The notes under the pieces were generated by a model. The model saw nothing but the letters and a program-made list of their open reading frames with translations, made no database searches and had not been told where the DNA came from. Below, piece by piece: positions 28,616 through 37,212 of a DNA stretch of 41,113 nucleotides; the stretch's first letter is position 1, and each line of letters begins with the position of its first letter. The position numbers and the translations under genes are program-made. Source of the stretch: a virus; UHGV virus genome UHGV-0041836; one strand, written 5' to 3'.

Positions 28616-28943
28616 CGAAATTCTTCTCTTTAATTCCAGCGGCTCTGATAGCTTTCATTACTGCAATTACCGTTTTGTCACGCCCATCCTCATAACCCAT
28701 CGCATAAGCACCTTCTTCACCATCTTTCCAAAAGTCGTCATTCGATTCTGGCCAGTCGATATCCAGTTCAATAGCTGCTCGCGATGCCTGCCATAAAGTC
28801 CACCACTCATTTAAGGAGTGACGAATATCCATGCTTGAAAATGCGAAGTACCTATCACCATTTCTTGCCTCGGTTATCATCTCGAATGGTAATCTCAATT
28901 TTTTGGCAACGTATTCCTCAAACTTCTTTCTTGATTCGTCCAT
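28587..28943 (-). CDS. hypothetical early protein
   Basis: 118-aa acidic ORF between replication genes and ninB. Confidence 0.5.
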   Translation of the reverse strand: MDESRKKFEEYVAKKLRLPFEMITEARNGDRYFAFSSMDIRHSLNEWWTLWQASRAAIELDIDWPESNDDFWKDGEEGAYAMGYEDGRDKTVIAVMKAIRAAGIKEKNFDEANNIPPN

Positions 28944-28960
28944 CGGTACTTACCCTCAGT

Positions 28961-29167
28961 TCAACTCACAAAACGCCACGCCACTTTTGCAACGACAACA
29001 GGCATAACACCGATAATCACCCACAGGAAAATGCTACCGAAAAGCACACCCACCAGGTCTTTACCTTCGCCTACCAACCGGACAAAACTTCCGACAACCA
29101 CAATGAACGTCGACACCATCCACATAGCACCGAGAATCCTCAATGCAGAGAAAATTAACTCAGCCAC
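28961..29167 (-). CDS. small putative membrane protein (two hydrophobic segments), GTG start
   Basis: 68-aa ORF with two predicted transmembrane helices; start codon GTG; a further 26-codon hydrophobic ORF (29163..29243) lies upstream, overlapping the primase-helicase stop. Confidence 0.3.
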   Translation of the reverse strand: MAELIFSALRILGAMWMVSTFIVVVGSFVRLVGEGKDLVGVLFGSIFLWVIIGVMPVVVAKVAWRFVS

Positions 29168-29243
29168 GATTTACTCTCCCCCAAATAAAAAGGCCTGCGA
29201 TTACCAGCAGGCCTGTTACAAGCTCACTGATGTAGATGGTCAT

Positions 29244-31124
29244 TTAATACTCCGTCACGTTTTCCTGTCGCCACGCCTCGTCATATTCCGATTTCGGCAT
29301 ATTGGCGATGTAGCTATATGGCGATCCTGATTCAAGTTGCAGGAACTGGTGCGATTGCTCGTCAAGGAACAACGGGACACCACCTTCCCAACCTTCGCCG
29401 TTACGTTGTTTTTCAAGCATCAAAACAGATGCCGGAGATGCCAGTAGCTGTTCGTCCTTCTCTGACATCTTTTCACCACTCTGAACTCTCTGTAACGCTC
29501 TCTCGCGAGCCTTGTTACGCCAGATGATGAAAAGGTTGTCTGTCAGGTCTGTTATCGCTCCAGAGCCTTTTACGTCCATTTTCCCGGTTGGTTTTTCTTC
29601 GCTGTCTCCTTTTCGCGAGTGAGTAACGAGAATGACGTGGGAGTTTGTTTTGTTTTTGAAGTCGCAAATCGAGTCAACAAACGCCTTCTGCCCGTTATAG
29701 TCATCGTCGCCTATGCCACATTTCATCAGGCTGTCGATGATGAATAACTGGATCCCGTATCGGCGGCGAGCGTAGTCGAATATTTCGATCAGCCTGTCGG
29801 CTTTCGCCGTTCCGGTCAGGCCAAACACCCAAAGTCTTTCGTCATAAAATTTAAATGCAGAGTCAATTTCCAGCACTGGCGGCATCTTGCAGCACGTCGC
29901 CTGACGGGTAAGTCGCTTAAGGAGAATGCCTGGCTTCAGCTCAAGTGACGCGATGCACGTCTTCACACCCTGACGCATTGCCTCAAGTGCCATATGCCCG
30001 ACAACCTCCGTTTTTCCGTGACCGTTCACACCATTGACCAGCGTCAACTCTGCCTCACGGAACTGGAATTTATCTGCCAGAGATTCCCACGGTGGATTAA
30101 ACAGATACTGCTGCTTGCCGTAGAAAGCGTTGATAGTGTCCTGGTAAAACTCTCGCGCGCTGTAGAGTTCTTCAGGATCGAAGTAGGATGCCGTGCCGAT
30201 GTACTGCCAGATTTCATCCTCGGTAACACCGTTCATCAGGCATTCGTTGATGTCTTTGTACGGCAGAGTAACAAGACGGCAACGATGTTCACCGAGTCGG
30301 CTTGCGATTTCCCTTGCGGCTTCACGACCAACATCATCAACGTCCATCGAGATGAATATTTCCTCAAACCTGTCGAGGTTGTGATACTCAAACTCAATCC
30401 ACTGCTGTTTAGCGCCTTTCCCGCCACCAAACGGCACGGATAACGCCGAGATGCCATATTGCGCATAGCTCATACAATCAATTTCGCCTTCGCAAAGTAC
30501 AACCGCCCTCACGCCAGCGTCCAGAGCCTGCCATCCAAACAGACAAGGTTCGCAATCACCTTCTGCCATAATGACTTTCTTCCCGTCCGGTCGCTCAGTG
30601 CTGATTCGCTTGACCTGCAACAACTCACCATCGCGTTTGTACGGAAGCACCAGTGCATCAAGTTCTCGTTCTCCATTCCACACCTTGCCGCTGACAACCT
30701 CGTAGCGCTTTACGACTTCTGGCGATATGCCACGCGATTGCAGGTACTCAAGATGGGATTCTGTTCTGGTAACGTAGCGGGCGATTTTCTTGCGGTCAGG
30801 TCTGGAGAATTTCTTCTCACGTTTGGCATCGAAATGGTGATCGTCATCCTTGATTCCGAGAAAGGCTTTCGCTTCCTGCATAGCCTGATGCAGGTTAATT
30901 CCACGACATGCCATCCACAAATCAAGCATGTCACCGCCGTCTCCCTCAGCGAAATCAGCCCATTTTTTCTTGCCGCTAAGGTTGACCTTAAGGCTGTTTC
31001 CCTTGTCACCGTTGACGTTACCGGCAACCCACTCATGCCCCTCTTTCTTGCCGTTTGGCAACAGGTGCGGAGCCACCCTGTCAACCTGCGCCCAAAGCAG
31101 GTCACTGAGTTCACTTGGCGTCAT
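29244..31124 (-). CDS. bifunctional DNA primase / replicative helicase (Toprim-primase N-part, DnaB/RepA-like P-loop helicase C-part)
   Basis: 626 aa; Toprim-like acidic motifs (LCEGEIDCMSY, DVDDVGREAA) and Walker A-like NGVNGHGKTEV; occupies the position of lambda P / P22 gene 12. Confidence 0.8.
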   Translation of the reverse strand: MTPSELSDLLWAQVDRVAPHLLPNGKKEGHEWVAGNVNGDKGNSLKVNLSGKKKWADFAEGDGGDMLDLWMACRGINLHQAMQEAKAFLGIKDDDHHFDAKREKKFSRPDRKKIARYVTRTESHLEYLQSRGISPEVVKRYEVVSGKVWNGERELDALVLPYKRDGELLQVKRISTERPDGKKVIMAEGDCEPCLFGWQALDAGVRAVVLCEGEIDCMSYAQYGISALSVPFGGGKGAKQQWIEFEYHNLDRFEEIFISMDVDDVGREAAREIASRLGEHRCRLVTLPYKDINECLMNGVTEDEIWQYIGTASYFDPEELYSAREFYQDTINAFYGKQQYLFNPPWESLADKFQFREAELTLVNGVNGHGKTEVVGHMALEAMRQGVKTCIASLELKPGILLKRLTRQATCCKMPPVLEIDSAFKFYDERLWVFGLTGTAKADRLIEIFDYARRRYGIQLFIIDSLMKCGIGDDDYNGQKAFVDSICDFKNKTNSHVILVTHSRKGDSEEKPTGKMDVKGSGAITDLTDNLFIIWRNKARERALQRVQSGEKMSEKDEQLLASPASVLMLEKQRNGEGWEGGVPLFLDEQSHQFLQLESGSPYSYIANMPKSEYDEAWRQENVTEY

Positions 31125-31231
31125 GATTCCCTCAGATTGAGATTTTTAAACCAGAAATCGACAAACGAAATACTTAACCAGCCGTGGTTATAACCAGCGA
31201 CCAGTAGCGATTTGATTTTTGATTTCATGGT

Positions 31232-32092
31232 TCACCTGTCGAAAAACACGTAGCCAGTTTTCGATACGGTGATTGCGGATGATGGTTTGGATTGTGGTTG
31301 AATAGTTTCTGGCTTCTCGTCGTTCCAGCGCTGACCGTTCAGGTAGCTCGATGGTAACAACCTGTCGAATCCGAACTGCTTACCATTCCTGCATGCGATG
31401 TCTTCTGCCAGCATCGTGGCAAACTCGCTTGCCGTACCCCTGGTAGTTTTACGCCATTCCCTGAACTGTGTTCTGAATGCCGAAGCTGCGTTTTTCTTCC
31501 CGGCCTTCCGCATGCCTGCACACCAGAATATTTCCTCGAATGCCTTGTCGGTTTCTTCGTGACGGTCAGGTGATTTTTCACACTCCGTCCGAACACTTTC
31601 GGACATAGTGTTTTTATTATTTCTTTTTTCTTTTGTAATAGTTTCTTTTGTGTGTCCCTGTTTTGGTGACAGCGCTGTCACCGTTTTGGTGACACTTTTT
31701 GTCACCAATGCAGTGACATTATCACCAGAGTAGTGACACCCTTCGATTTGCCATTCCTCGATGTTCTTGTTAGGCCCGATTTGCTGGCCTTCGCGAAGGA
31801 TAACCTTCATCGCGATAAGCTCATTCTTGGCCTTGTTTACCTTCTGTCTTGGCAGCCTGGTAATTTGAGCTAACTGACTATCAGAGATGCGATCCATCTT
31901 TTTACCGTAGCCGTATGTTTTACGGCATATGGCGTGGGCAACCTTGCTCTGATTTTTCGTTAAATCTGCGCCGATAAGCTCTTCATACAGGGCATTTGCA
32001 AGACGGGTATAACCATCTTCAACTTCTGCCACACGACGCTCCACAGGCCGTTGTGAAGGCCTTAAATGTGTTACGGTTGCAAGATTACTCAT
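31232..32092 (-). CDS. O: replication initiator O (lambda O-like), ori iterons embedded
   Basis: 286 aa; N-terminal domain resembles lambda O N-terminus; contains iteron array and AT-rich tract inside the coding sequence. Confidence 0.85.
   Translation of the reverse strand: MSNLATVTHLRPSQRPVERRVAEVEDGYTRLANALYEELIGADLTKNQSKVAHAICRKTYGYGKKMDRISDSQLAQITRLPRQKVNKAKNELIAMKVILREGQQIGPNKNIEEWQIEGCHYSGDNVTALVTKSVTKTVTALSPKQGHTKETITKEKRNNKNTMSESVRTECEKSPDRHEETDKAFEEIFWCAGMRKAGKKNAASAFRTQFREWRKTTRGTASEFATMLAEDIACRNGKQFGFDRLLPSSYLNGQRWNDEKPETIQPQSKPSSAITVSKTGYVFFDR
31590..31741. repeat. origin of replication: 4 iterons (GGTGACA / TGTCACC inverted-repeat units) plus adjacent AT-rich tract
   Basis: TTTTGGTGACAGCGCTGTCACC, TTTTGGTGACACTTTTTGTCACC, GCAGTGACATTATCACC, AGTAGTGACACC in tandem at 31658-31741, AT-rich stretch 31590-31650. 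Confidence 0.65.
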
Positions 32093-32231
32093 GACCTTTC
32101 TCCTTCTGCATCAGCTTCACTTTTTCCAACTCAGCCCGGAATCGACCAGGCTGCTTGAAGCTGGACAGGAAGCGATCACGTAGTATGTGTTTGTGAATTT
32201 TGTCCTGGTAAGGACTGAGTTGTTTTGTCAT
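32088..32231 (-). CDS. small ORF (48 aa) between cII and O
   Basis: [48 protein letters not shown] with AGGAG RBS; overlaps O start by 8 nt. Confidence 0.35.
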
Positions 32232-32266
32232 AATGACTCCTGTGGATTGATCCAGTCTTTCTACAA

Positions 32267-32548
32267 TCAGGCCTCGAAGAATTCGCCGTTCTTCGGGGCT
32301 TTTTCTTTTGTCAGGTAATCGGCAAGCCGCTTAGTCAATTCAGCCATTTCATCGTCTTCGATTCCGTATTCCAGAACAGCCAGCATCATGCTTACCTGCG
32401 AGAAGAAACCATTCTTCCATCGGCTTACCTGGTATTCAGGAACCCCCATCGCGCGAGCGAATGTCTTCTGCCCCATCAGTGCCAGTTTGTTCAGCAAGGC
32501 CGACTCGATGCGAGCCGCTTTCTTGCTTTTAGTTGCAATAGTACCCAT
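32267..32548 (-). CDS. cII: CII transcriptional activator
   Basis: 93 aa; [25 protein letters not shown]...QVSRWK...MMLAVLEYG resembles lambda CII. Confidence 0.88.
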   Translation of the reverse strand: MGTIATKSKKAARIESALLNKLALMGQKTFARAMGVPEYQVSRWKNGFFSQVSMMLAVLEYGIEDDEMAELTKRLADYLTKEKAPKNGEFFEA

Positions 32549-32595
32549 AGATAATTTCCTTAATGATTAGATAGAGTTGGCTTCGCAAAGAAACG

Positions 32596-32633
32596 CAAAA
32601 CCATAGAGATTTGTTTCTGGTAATGCCCTTTTT
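32596..32633 (-). promoter_or_regulatory. nutR (boxA CGCTCTTAC, boxB GCCCTGAAAAAGGGC)
   Basis: Minus-strand boxA at 32633..32625 and boxB hairpin at 32610..32596, between cro and cII; lambda nutR consensus. Confidence 0.8.
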
Positions 32634-32664
32634 CAGGGCGGTGATGTGTAAGAGCGTTAATAAC

Positions 32665-32895
32665 TTAAGCGGCCATTAATTCAGGCCAGATGCTTTCCCA
32701 ATCAACCGGATGAAGGTCTTTGCGAGTCACTTCACCATTGCTGAACTTCTCAATCAGAACACAAAGTGCTGCGCCCAATTCATGATTACGGCTAAGTGCT
32801 TTCCTCAAATAGCCGATAGAAGTTCCGCACTTGGTGGCAAATTCTCTCTGCTCTTCCAGTGAAAGGGAGTTCAGATACAAGCGGAGTTCTTCCAT
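32665..32895 (-). CDS. cro: Cro-like HTH repressor
   Basis: 76 aa; HTH QREFATKCGTSIGYLRKAL; first gene of the rightward operon, divergent from cI. Confidence 0.75.
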   Translation of the reverse strand: MEELRLYLNSLSLEEQREFATKCGTSIGYLRKALSRNHELGAALCVLIEKFSNGEVTRKDLHPVDWESIWPELMAA

Positions 32896-32926
32896 TTGCT
32901 ATCTCCTTCCCGTTGTTGAATAAGAT

Positions 32927-32997
32927 GAGTTTACCTGTAGGTAAAAAGCAAATCAATACCCATAGGTTATTTACCGGCAGGTAATCAAAGATAGAAT
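32927..32997. promoter_or_regulatory. oR operator/promoter region (pR on minus strand, pRM on plus strand)
   Basis: Operator half-site pattern TTACCTGTAGGTAA (32931-32944) and TTACCGGCAGGTAA (32971-32984); minus-strand -35 TTGATT / 17 nt / -10 TAAACT; plus-strand -10 TAGAAT before cI. Confidence 0.6.
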
Positions 32998-33003
32998 TAA
33001 ATC

Positions 33004-33690
33004 ATGGATAAATACGAACAAAGACGACTAAGGCTGATAGAGATAAGAGACCGATTCTGTAATGGAAAGGCCTCAGAGTTGGCTCGTCGAATAGAAAGGG
33101 AACCATCATACGTTTCCAGAATGCTGTATCCGGAAGGAAAAAGCGGAAAAAAACGCATTGCTGACGATATGATGGAACTAATTGAAAAATCTTTTAATCT
33201 CCCACGCGGATGGATGGACATGCTTGCAGATGGTAAAGCTGGAGCTACAGACCATCTTGAGTTTGCGGGTAACGTTCGTGCGGGTTTTGTTCCGGTAATT
33301 GGTGAAGCCGTTTTGGGAGTTGATGGCTCAGTGGATATGATTGAATTCAGATCCGGTTGGTTAAGCATCTACAGCGGCGATAAAGATGCTTACGGTCTGA
33401 AGGTTAAGGGTGACAGCATGTGGCCAAGGATTCAGTCAGGAGAATATGTTGTTATTGAACCAAATACGCCAGTACATCCAGGTGATGAAGTCTTTGTAAG
33501 GACCAAAGACGGTCACAACATGATAAAGATCATGAACAAAACAAGAGACGGTGATTATCAGTTTAGTAGCATAAACAGTGATCACCGCCCAATCACTCTT
33601 CCTGTTGAAGAAGTTGATAAAATGCATTTTGTTTCAGCTATTGTGAAACACACCAGGTACGTAGACCAGGACGATCTGCCAAAAGTTTGA
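33004..33690 (+). CDS. cI: CI-type repressor with C-terminal S24 (LexA-like) autopeptidase domain
   Basis: 228 aa; N-terminal HTH region; C-terminal GDSMWP...KIM Ser-Lys dyad context typical of S24 peptidases; divergent from cro. Confidence 0.9.
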   Translation: MDKYEQRRLRLIEIRDRFCNGKASELARRIEREPSYVSRMLYPEGKSGKKRIADDMMELIEKSFNLPRGWMDMLADGKAGATDHLEFAGNVRAGFVPVIGEAVLGVDGSVDMIEFRSGWLSIYSGDKDAYGLKVKGDSMWPRIQSGEYVVIEPNTPVHPGDEVFVRTKDGHNMIKIMNKTRDGDYQFSSINSDHRPITLPVEEVDKMHFVSAIVKHTRYVDQDDLPKV

Positions 33691-34001
33691 GGATAAAGCA
33701 GCAAGTGTTTATACCCGGCATAGTAGTCGCTGTTGTAATCATCTGCTTCATATGGGCAAAGTTATCTCCTGTAAGCTCTAAGCATACAGCTGAACTCATG
33801 AAGAAGAAGCATCTTATACATGAGGCAGAATCGATAATTAAAAAGTTCAAAGGCATGTCATACGACGACATGTCATCAGAGCAGATTGCTATGTATAAAT
33901 GCGCCATTGAGCGTCTTGACTACTTAAACGGACTCAAACCCAAACACACCCCAGTAGAATCAAAATTGCCGCAATGGCCAAGCAATCCAAATAGCTTCTG
34001 A
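33687..34001 (+). CDS. small N-terminally membrane-anchored protein in the rex position (downstream of cI); non-ATG start
   Basis: 104-aa track ORF starts at TTG 33687 (alternative GTG 33705); hydrophobic segment IPGIVVAVVIICFIWAKL; AT-rich codon usage; followed by a strong terminator. Confidence 0.4.
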   Translation: MRIKQQVFIPGIVVAVVIICFIWAKLSPVSSKHTAELMKKKHLIHEAESIIKKFKGMSYDDMSSEQIAMYKCAIERLDYLNGLKPKHTPVESKLPQWPSNPNSF

Positions 34002-34012
34002 CATCTCCTTTC

Positions 34013-34060
34013 AGCCCCCCCAACCGGGGNNNNNNNNNNNNGAAAGGGGGGCTTTTTTAT
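34013..34060 (+). terminator. rho-independent terminator after the cI operon (loop contains a 12-N gap)
   Basis: AGCCCCCC ... GGGGGGCT 8-bp stem followed by TTTTTTAT; N-run 34030-34041 lies in the loop. Confidence 0.6.
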
Positions 34061-34078
34061 ATCAATCCAAAAAATTAA

Positions 34079-34163
34079 TTACCTGAAAATTCAAGCAGGT
34101 AAACTCTTACATCAATTTTATTTACCTACAGGTATAGACAGCTGTTTTACCTGTAGGTATATT
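34079..34163 (+). promoter_or_regulatory. oL operators and pL promoter
   Basis: TTACC-N-GGTA operator sites at 34079-34102, 34122-34135, 34147-34160 (same motif as oR); -35 TAGACA (34135-34140), 17-nt spacer, -10 TATATT (34158-34163). Confidence 0.65.
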
Positions 34164-34203
34164 TTAGGCCATCAGCAGGACGCACTGACCACCATGAAGG
34201 TGA

Positions 34204-34234
34204 CGCTCTTAAAAATTAAGCCCTGAAGAAGGGT
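34204..34234 (+). promoter_or_regulatory. nutL (boxA CGCTCTTAA, boxB GCCCTGAAGAAGGG)
   Basis: lambda nutL consensus upstream of N. Confidence 0.8.
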
Positions 34235-34432
34235 AGCATTCAAAGCAGAAGGCTTTGGGATTGGATGAATGAGCAGGCTGATGCTCGACCAATGTATAAA
34301 CAGCGCTCATGGCAAGCAGTAACCAATCTGCGCCTCAAGACAGCGTCACTGGTAGTGCGGGCGCTCTAACCAGTAAGCCGGGGTTCAGCGCCGGCCATCC
34401 AATCACCAAAGCTAACTGACAAGAGAATCCAG

Positions 34433-34759
34433 ATGGATGCACAAACACGCCGCCGCGAACGTCGCGCAGAGAAACAGGCTCAATGGAAAGCAGCAAATCC
34501 CCTGTTGGTTGGGGTAAGCGCAAAACCAGTTAACCGCCCTATTCTCTCGCTGAATCGCAAACCAAAATCACGAGTAGAAAGCGCACTGAATCCGATAGAC
34601 CTTACAGTGCTGGCTGAATACCACGAACAGATTGAAAGCAACCTGCAACGTATTGAGCGCAAGAATCAGCGCACATGGTACAGCAAGCCACGTAGTGAAA
34701 TGGGTGTGACTTGTGTTGGTCGCCAGAAAATGAAATTAGGCAGCAAACCACTTATTTGA
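34433..34759 (+). CDS. N: antitermination protein N (lambda type)
   Basis: 108 aa; MDAQTRRRERRAEKQAQWKAANPLLVGVSAKPVNRPILSLNRKPKSRVESALNPIDLTVLAEYH matches lambda N arginine-rich motif and body as recalled. Confidence 0.95.
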   Translation: MDAQTRRRERRAEKQAQWKAANPLLVGVSAKPVNRPILSLNRKPKSRVESALNPIDLTVLAEYHEQIESNLQRIERKNQRTWYSKPRSEMGVTCVGRQKMKLGSKPLI

Positions 34760-34767
34760 GGTGATAT

Positions 34768-34854
34768 ATGGAAGAAGAATTTGAAGAGTTCGAAGAGCAT
34801 CCTCAAGATGTGATGGAACAATACCAGGACTATCCGTATGACTACGACTATTGA
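34768..34854 (+). CDS. small acidic ORF (28 aa, lambda orf28-like)
   Basis: MEEEFEEFEEHPQDVMEQYQDYPYDYDY with AGGTGA RBS; overlaps ral start. Confidence 0.45.
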   Translation: MEEEFEEFEEHPQDVMEQYQDYPYDYDY

Positions 34855-35038
34855 TACAAATCAATGGTGTGGACAATTCAAACGATGCAATGGATGCAAG
34901 CTGCAATCGGAATGCATGGTTAAGCCTGAAGAAATGTTTCCTGTAATGGAAGATGGGAAATATGTCGATAAATGGGCAATACGAACGACGGCAATGATTG
35001 CCAGAGAACTTAGTAAACAGAATAACAAGGCTGCCTGA
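34838..35038 (+). CDS. ral: restriction alleviation protein Ral
   Basis: 66 aa; MTTTIDTNQWCGQFKRCNGCKLQSECMVKPEEMFPVMEDGKYVDKWAIRTTAMIARE matches lambda Ral as recalled. Confidence 0.9.
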   Translation: MTTTIDTNQWCGQFKRCNGCKLQSECMVKPEEMFPVMEDGKYVDKWAIRTTAMIARELSKQNNKAA

Positions 35039-35096
35039 TGGTGGCCTTTATTTTTGTCCGTAAATAATTTCATGCTTATTACAATCAAGGTGATAT

Positions 35097-35519
35097 ATGG
35101 AAGAACAAGCAAACAAGATTCTCGTAGAACTTCTGCAAAAAGCCAGTAATGGAATAGACGCGGCTGTTTCATTTAGCCAGGCACAGATTCCTGATGTTGT
35201 TCGTCAGTTGCTAACATGGAGTTTTGTCCATAGCGCACTTTTCCAAGTGGCTGGGTTGTTGCTTTTAATTGCAGCAATGAAACTTCCTAGTTTTGCAAGA
35301 ACGGCAAGAAATAATGGCGAGAGATGGACGTCTTTAGATGGATGTCCAAACGATAGATATTTTATATCTTCGTTTTATTACGATATATGCACTGTATTTG
35401 CTCCTATATTTGGCTCAATTATTGGCGTTTTAATTATTGCCTTCAATTTCGAATGGTTGAAGATTTGGCTTGCACCTAAGTTATTCCTAATTGAATATGC
35501 AGCATCATTGGTTAAGTAA
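35097..35519 (+). CDS. two-transmembrane-helix membrane protein, possible SieB-type superinfection-exclusion protein
   Basis: 140 aa; hydrophobic segments LLTWSFVHSALFQVAGLLLLIAAM and FAPIFGSIIGVLIIAFNF; AT-rich codon usage; pL-operon position where lambdoid phages carry sieB/exclusion morons. Family assignment is a guess. Confidence 0.4.
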   Translation: MEEQANKILVELLQKASNGIDAAVSFSQAQIPDVVRQLLTWSFVHSALFQVAGLLLLIAAMKLPSFARTARNNGERWTSLDGCPNDRYFISSFYYDICTVFAPIFGSIIGVLIIAFNFEWLKIWLAPKLFLIEYAASLVK

Positions 35520-35522
35520 TTT

Positions 35523-35548
35523 CAGGCCGCATAGTCGGCCTTTATTTT
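35523..35548 (+). terminator. rho-independent terminator
   Basis: GGCCG-CATAGT-CGGCC followed by TTTATTTTT. Confidence 0.5.
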
Positions 35549-35668
35549 TGGCATAAACAACAGAATAAACACTGCACTGTGTATTCATTCCAACGAGTGA
35601 ATACACGGAGCAATGTCGCTCGTAACTAAACAGGAGCCGACTTGTTCTGATTGTTGGAAATCTTCTTT

Positions 35669-35698
35669 GCCCTCCAGTGTGAGGGCAATTTTTTTTGA
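35669..35698 (+). terminator. rho-independent terminator
   Basis: GCCCTC-CAGTGT-GAGGGC followed by AATTTTTTTT. Confidence 0.5.
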
Positions 35699-35708
35699 TG
35701 GAGGATAT

Positions 35709-36663
35709 ATGAGTGAAGTAACAGATTTAGTTGTTATTGAAAAAGCAAATGCAATGACTGTATTTTAGTCTGCCGACCAGATTGAAGAAATTCTCCAAAA
35801 GGTTGAACGTGAAGTTATGTCATTTGTGCCTGATATCACAACGGCAAAGGGCAGAAAGGAGATCGCTTCTCTGGCGTATAAAGTTGCGCAGACGAAAACA
35901 TATCTCGATGGTCTTGGCAAAGACCTTGTTGCTGAACTGAAGGAAATTCCAAAGCTAATTGATGCCAACCGCAAGACAGTGCGCGATCGCCTTGATGAAC
36001 TGAAAGCCAAGGCGCGCCAGCCTCTTACTGATTATGAGGAAGAACAGGCGCGGATTAAAGCCGAAGAAGAAGCTAAGGCAGCAGCTGAAGCTCTCGCAAA
36101 GCAAATTGAGTCTGACCATGAAATAGCGATTTTGATGGATCGCGAATTTGACCGCCAAAGAGAAGAGGCAAGACTCAAAGCGAGAGCATGAAGAACGATT
36201 AAAAAGAGAAGCTGAAGAGAAAGCCAGAGCAGAAGCCGAAGCAAAGGCAAAAGCCGAAATTGAAGCAGCAGCAAGGCGAGAAGCAGAAGCTAAGGCCGCA
36301 GCGGAACGTGCAGAGCGTGAACGCATTGAAGCCGAGCAACGAGCACAGCGCGAAGCAAAAGAGGCAGCAGAACGAGCTGAAAGAGAAAAGCAGGCAGCAA
36401 TTGAAGCAGAACGCAGAAAAGCACAGGAGGAGGCTGAACGAATCCGTCGCGAGGCTGAAGCAAAAGAGCAAGCCAGAATAGCAGAAGAAAAAAGAATCAA
36501 GGACGAAGAAGAGCGTAGAGCAAAGGATAAAGCTCACCGGAAAGAAGTAAATAACAAAATACTTGCTGACCTTATCAAGGTTGGCGCATCAGAAGATGTT
36601 GCTAAAAATATCATAACAGCCATCGTAAAAGGCGAAGTATTCGCAACAAAAATAACCTACTAA
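35709..36663 (+). pseudogene. early-left gene encoding a highly charged EAKAK/ERAER-repeat (TolA-like coiled-coil) protein, interrupted by an in-frame amber codon and a frameshift
   Basis: ATG 35709 ... TAG at 35766-35768 then continuous frame to 36191; the downstream frame (36148..36663) has no ATG start near the junction (the track start is TTG) and continues the same charged repeat; frame change near 36180 within an AGAG run. Confidence 0.5.
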
Positions 36664-36687
36664 TAAAACCAACATAAGGAACCACCC

Positions 36688-36819
36688 ATGATTTACGCAA
36701 TCGCGGGAGGCGCTCGCATGGGTGCCTTCCAACTAAATGAATCTTTACTTGAACGAATCACCCGTAAATTACGTGACGGATGGAAAAGAGTTGAGGTCTT
36801 ATTATGCGCAATGAAATAG
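36688..36819 (+). CDS. small hypothetical ORF (43 aa)
   Basis: MIYAIAGGARMGAFQLNESLLERITRKLRDGWKRVEVLLCAMK; overlapping start/stop with the next small ORF. Confidence 0.3.
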   Translation: MIYAIAGGARMGAFQLNESLLERITRKLRDGWKRVEVLLCAMK

Positions 36820-36957
36820 CCATCAATCACCAGATGCTTCGTGCTGCACAGAACAAAGCAGTAATAGCCAGATTTATTGGTGATTCCAAAATGTGGCTTG
36901 AAGCAAATAAAGCGATGAAATCAGCTATCAACCTTCCGTGGTATCGCAGGAAATGAG
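36805..36957 (+). CDS. small hypothetical ORF (50 aa)
   Basis: MRNEIAINHQMLRAAQNKAVIARFIGDSKMWLEANKAMKSAINLPWYRRK; ATGA overlap with the next ORF. Confidence 0.3.
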
Positions 36958-37112
36958 TTTTACAGATAACTGGTCAGACGAAGAATTCATTCGTCAGATT
37001 AAAGAATTAATCGGTAACGAAGGAGATATTCATGTCACTTGCAACCACAGTGAAGGAGAGCAAGTTACAGAGACGCATGTACACGCAGAAAGCTCTCTGG
37101 TATCGCCATAAT
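36954..37112 (+). CDS. small hypothetical ORF (52 aa)
   Basis: MSFTDNWSDEEFIRQIKELIGNEGDIHVTCNHSEGEQVTETHVHAESSLVSP. Confidence 0.3.
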
Positions 37113-37212
37113 GGTGACCGCGAAGGAATGCGGGTATGCCTTAATTTGTCCCGAGTCGAAGTATTAAATCAGCGTTATTTCCTTGGGCCGTGTCCATTCT
37201 GAGAGCAATCAT

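Noticed and set aside
30459-31193. 244-aa plus-strand ORF
   Set aside because: Entirely antisense to the primase-helicase gene, which has clear motifs.
33638-33907. 89-aa minus-strand ORF opposite the post-cI membrane ORF
   Set aside because: No start context, and antisense to a region ending in a plus-strand terminator; however the plus-strand ORF is itself uncertain, so this region remains ambiguous.
35955-36537. Minus-strand ORFs (181 aa and 112 aa) rich in Ser/Ala/Cys/Phe
   Set aside because: Antisense to the GAA/GCA-rich charged-repeat gene; repetitive composition creates long open frames on the opposite strand by chance.
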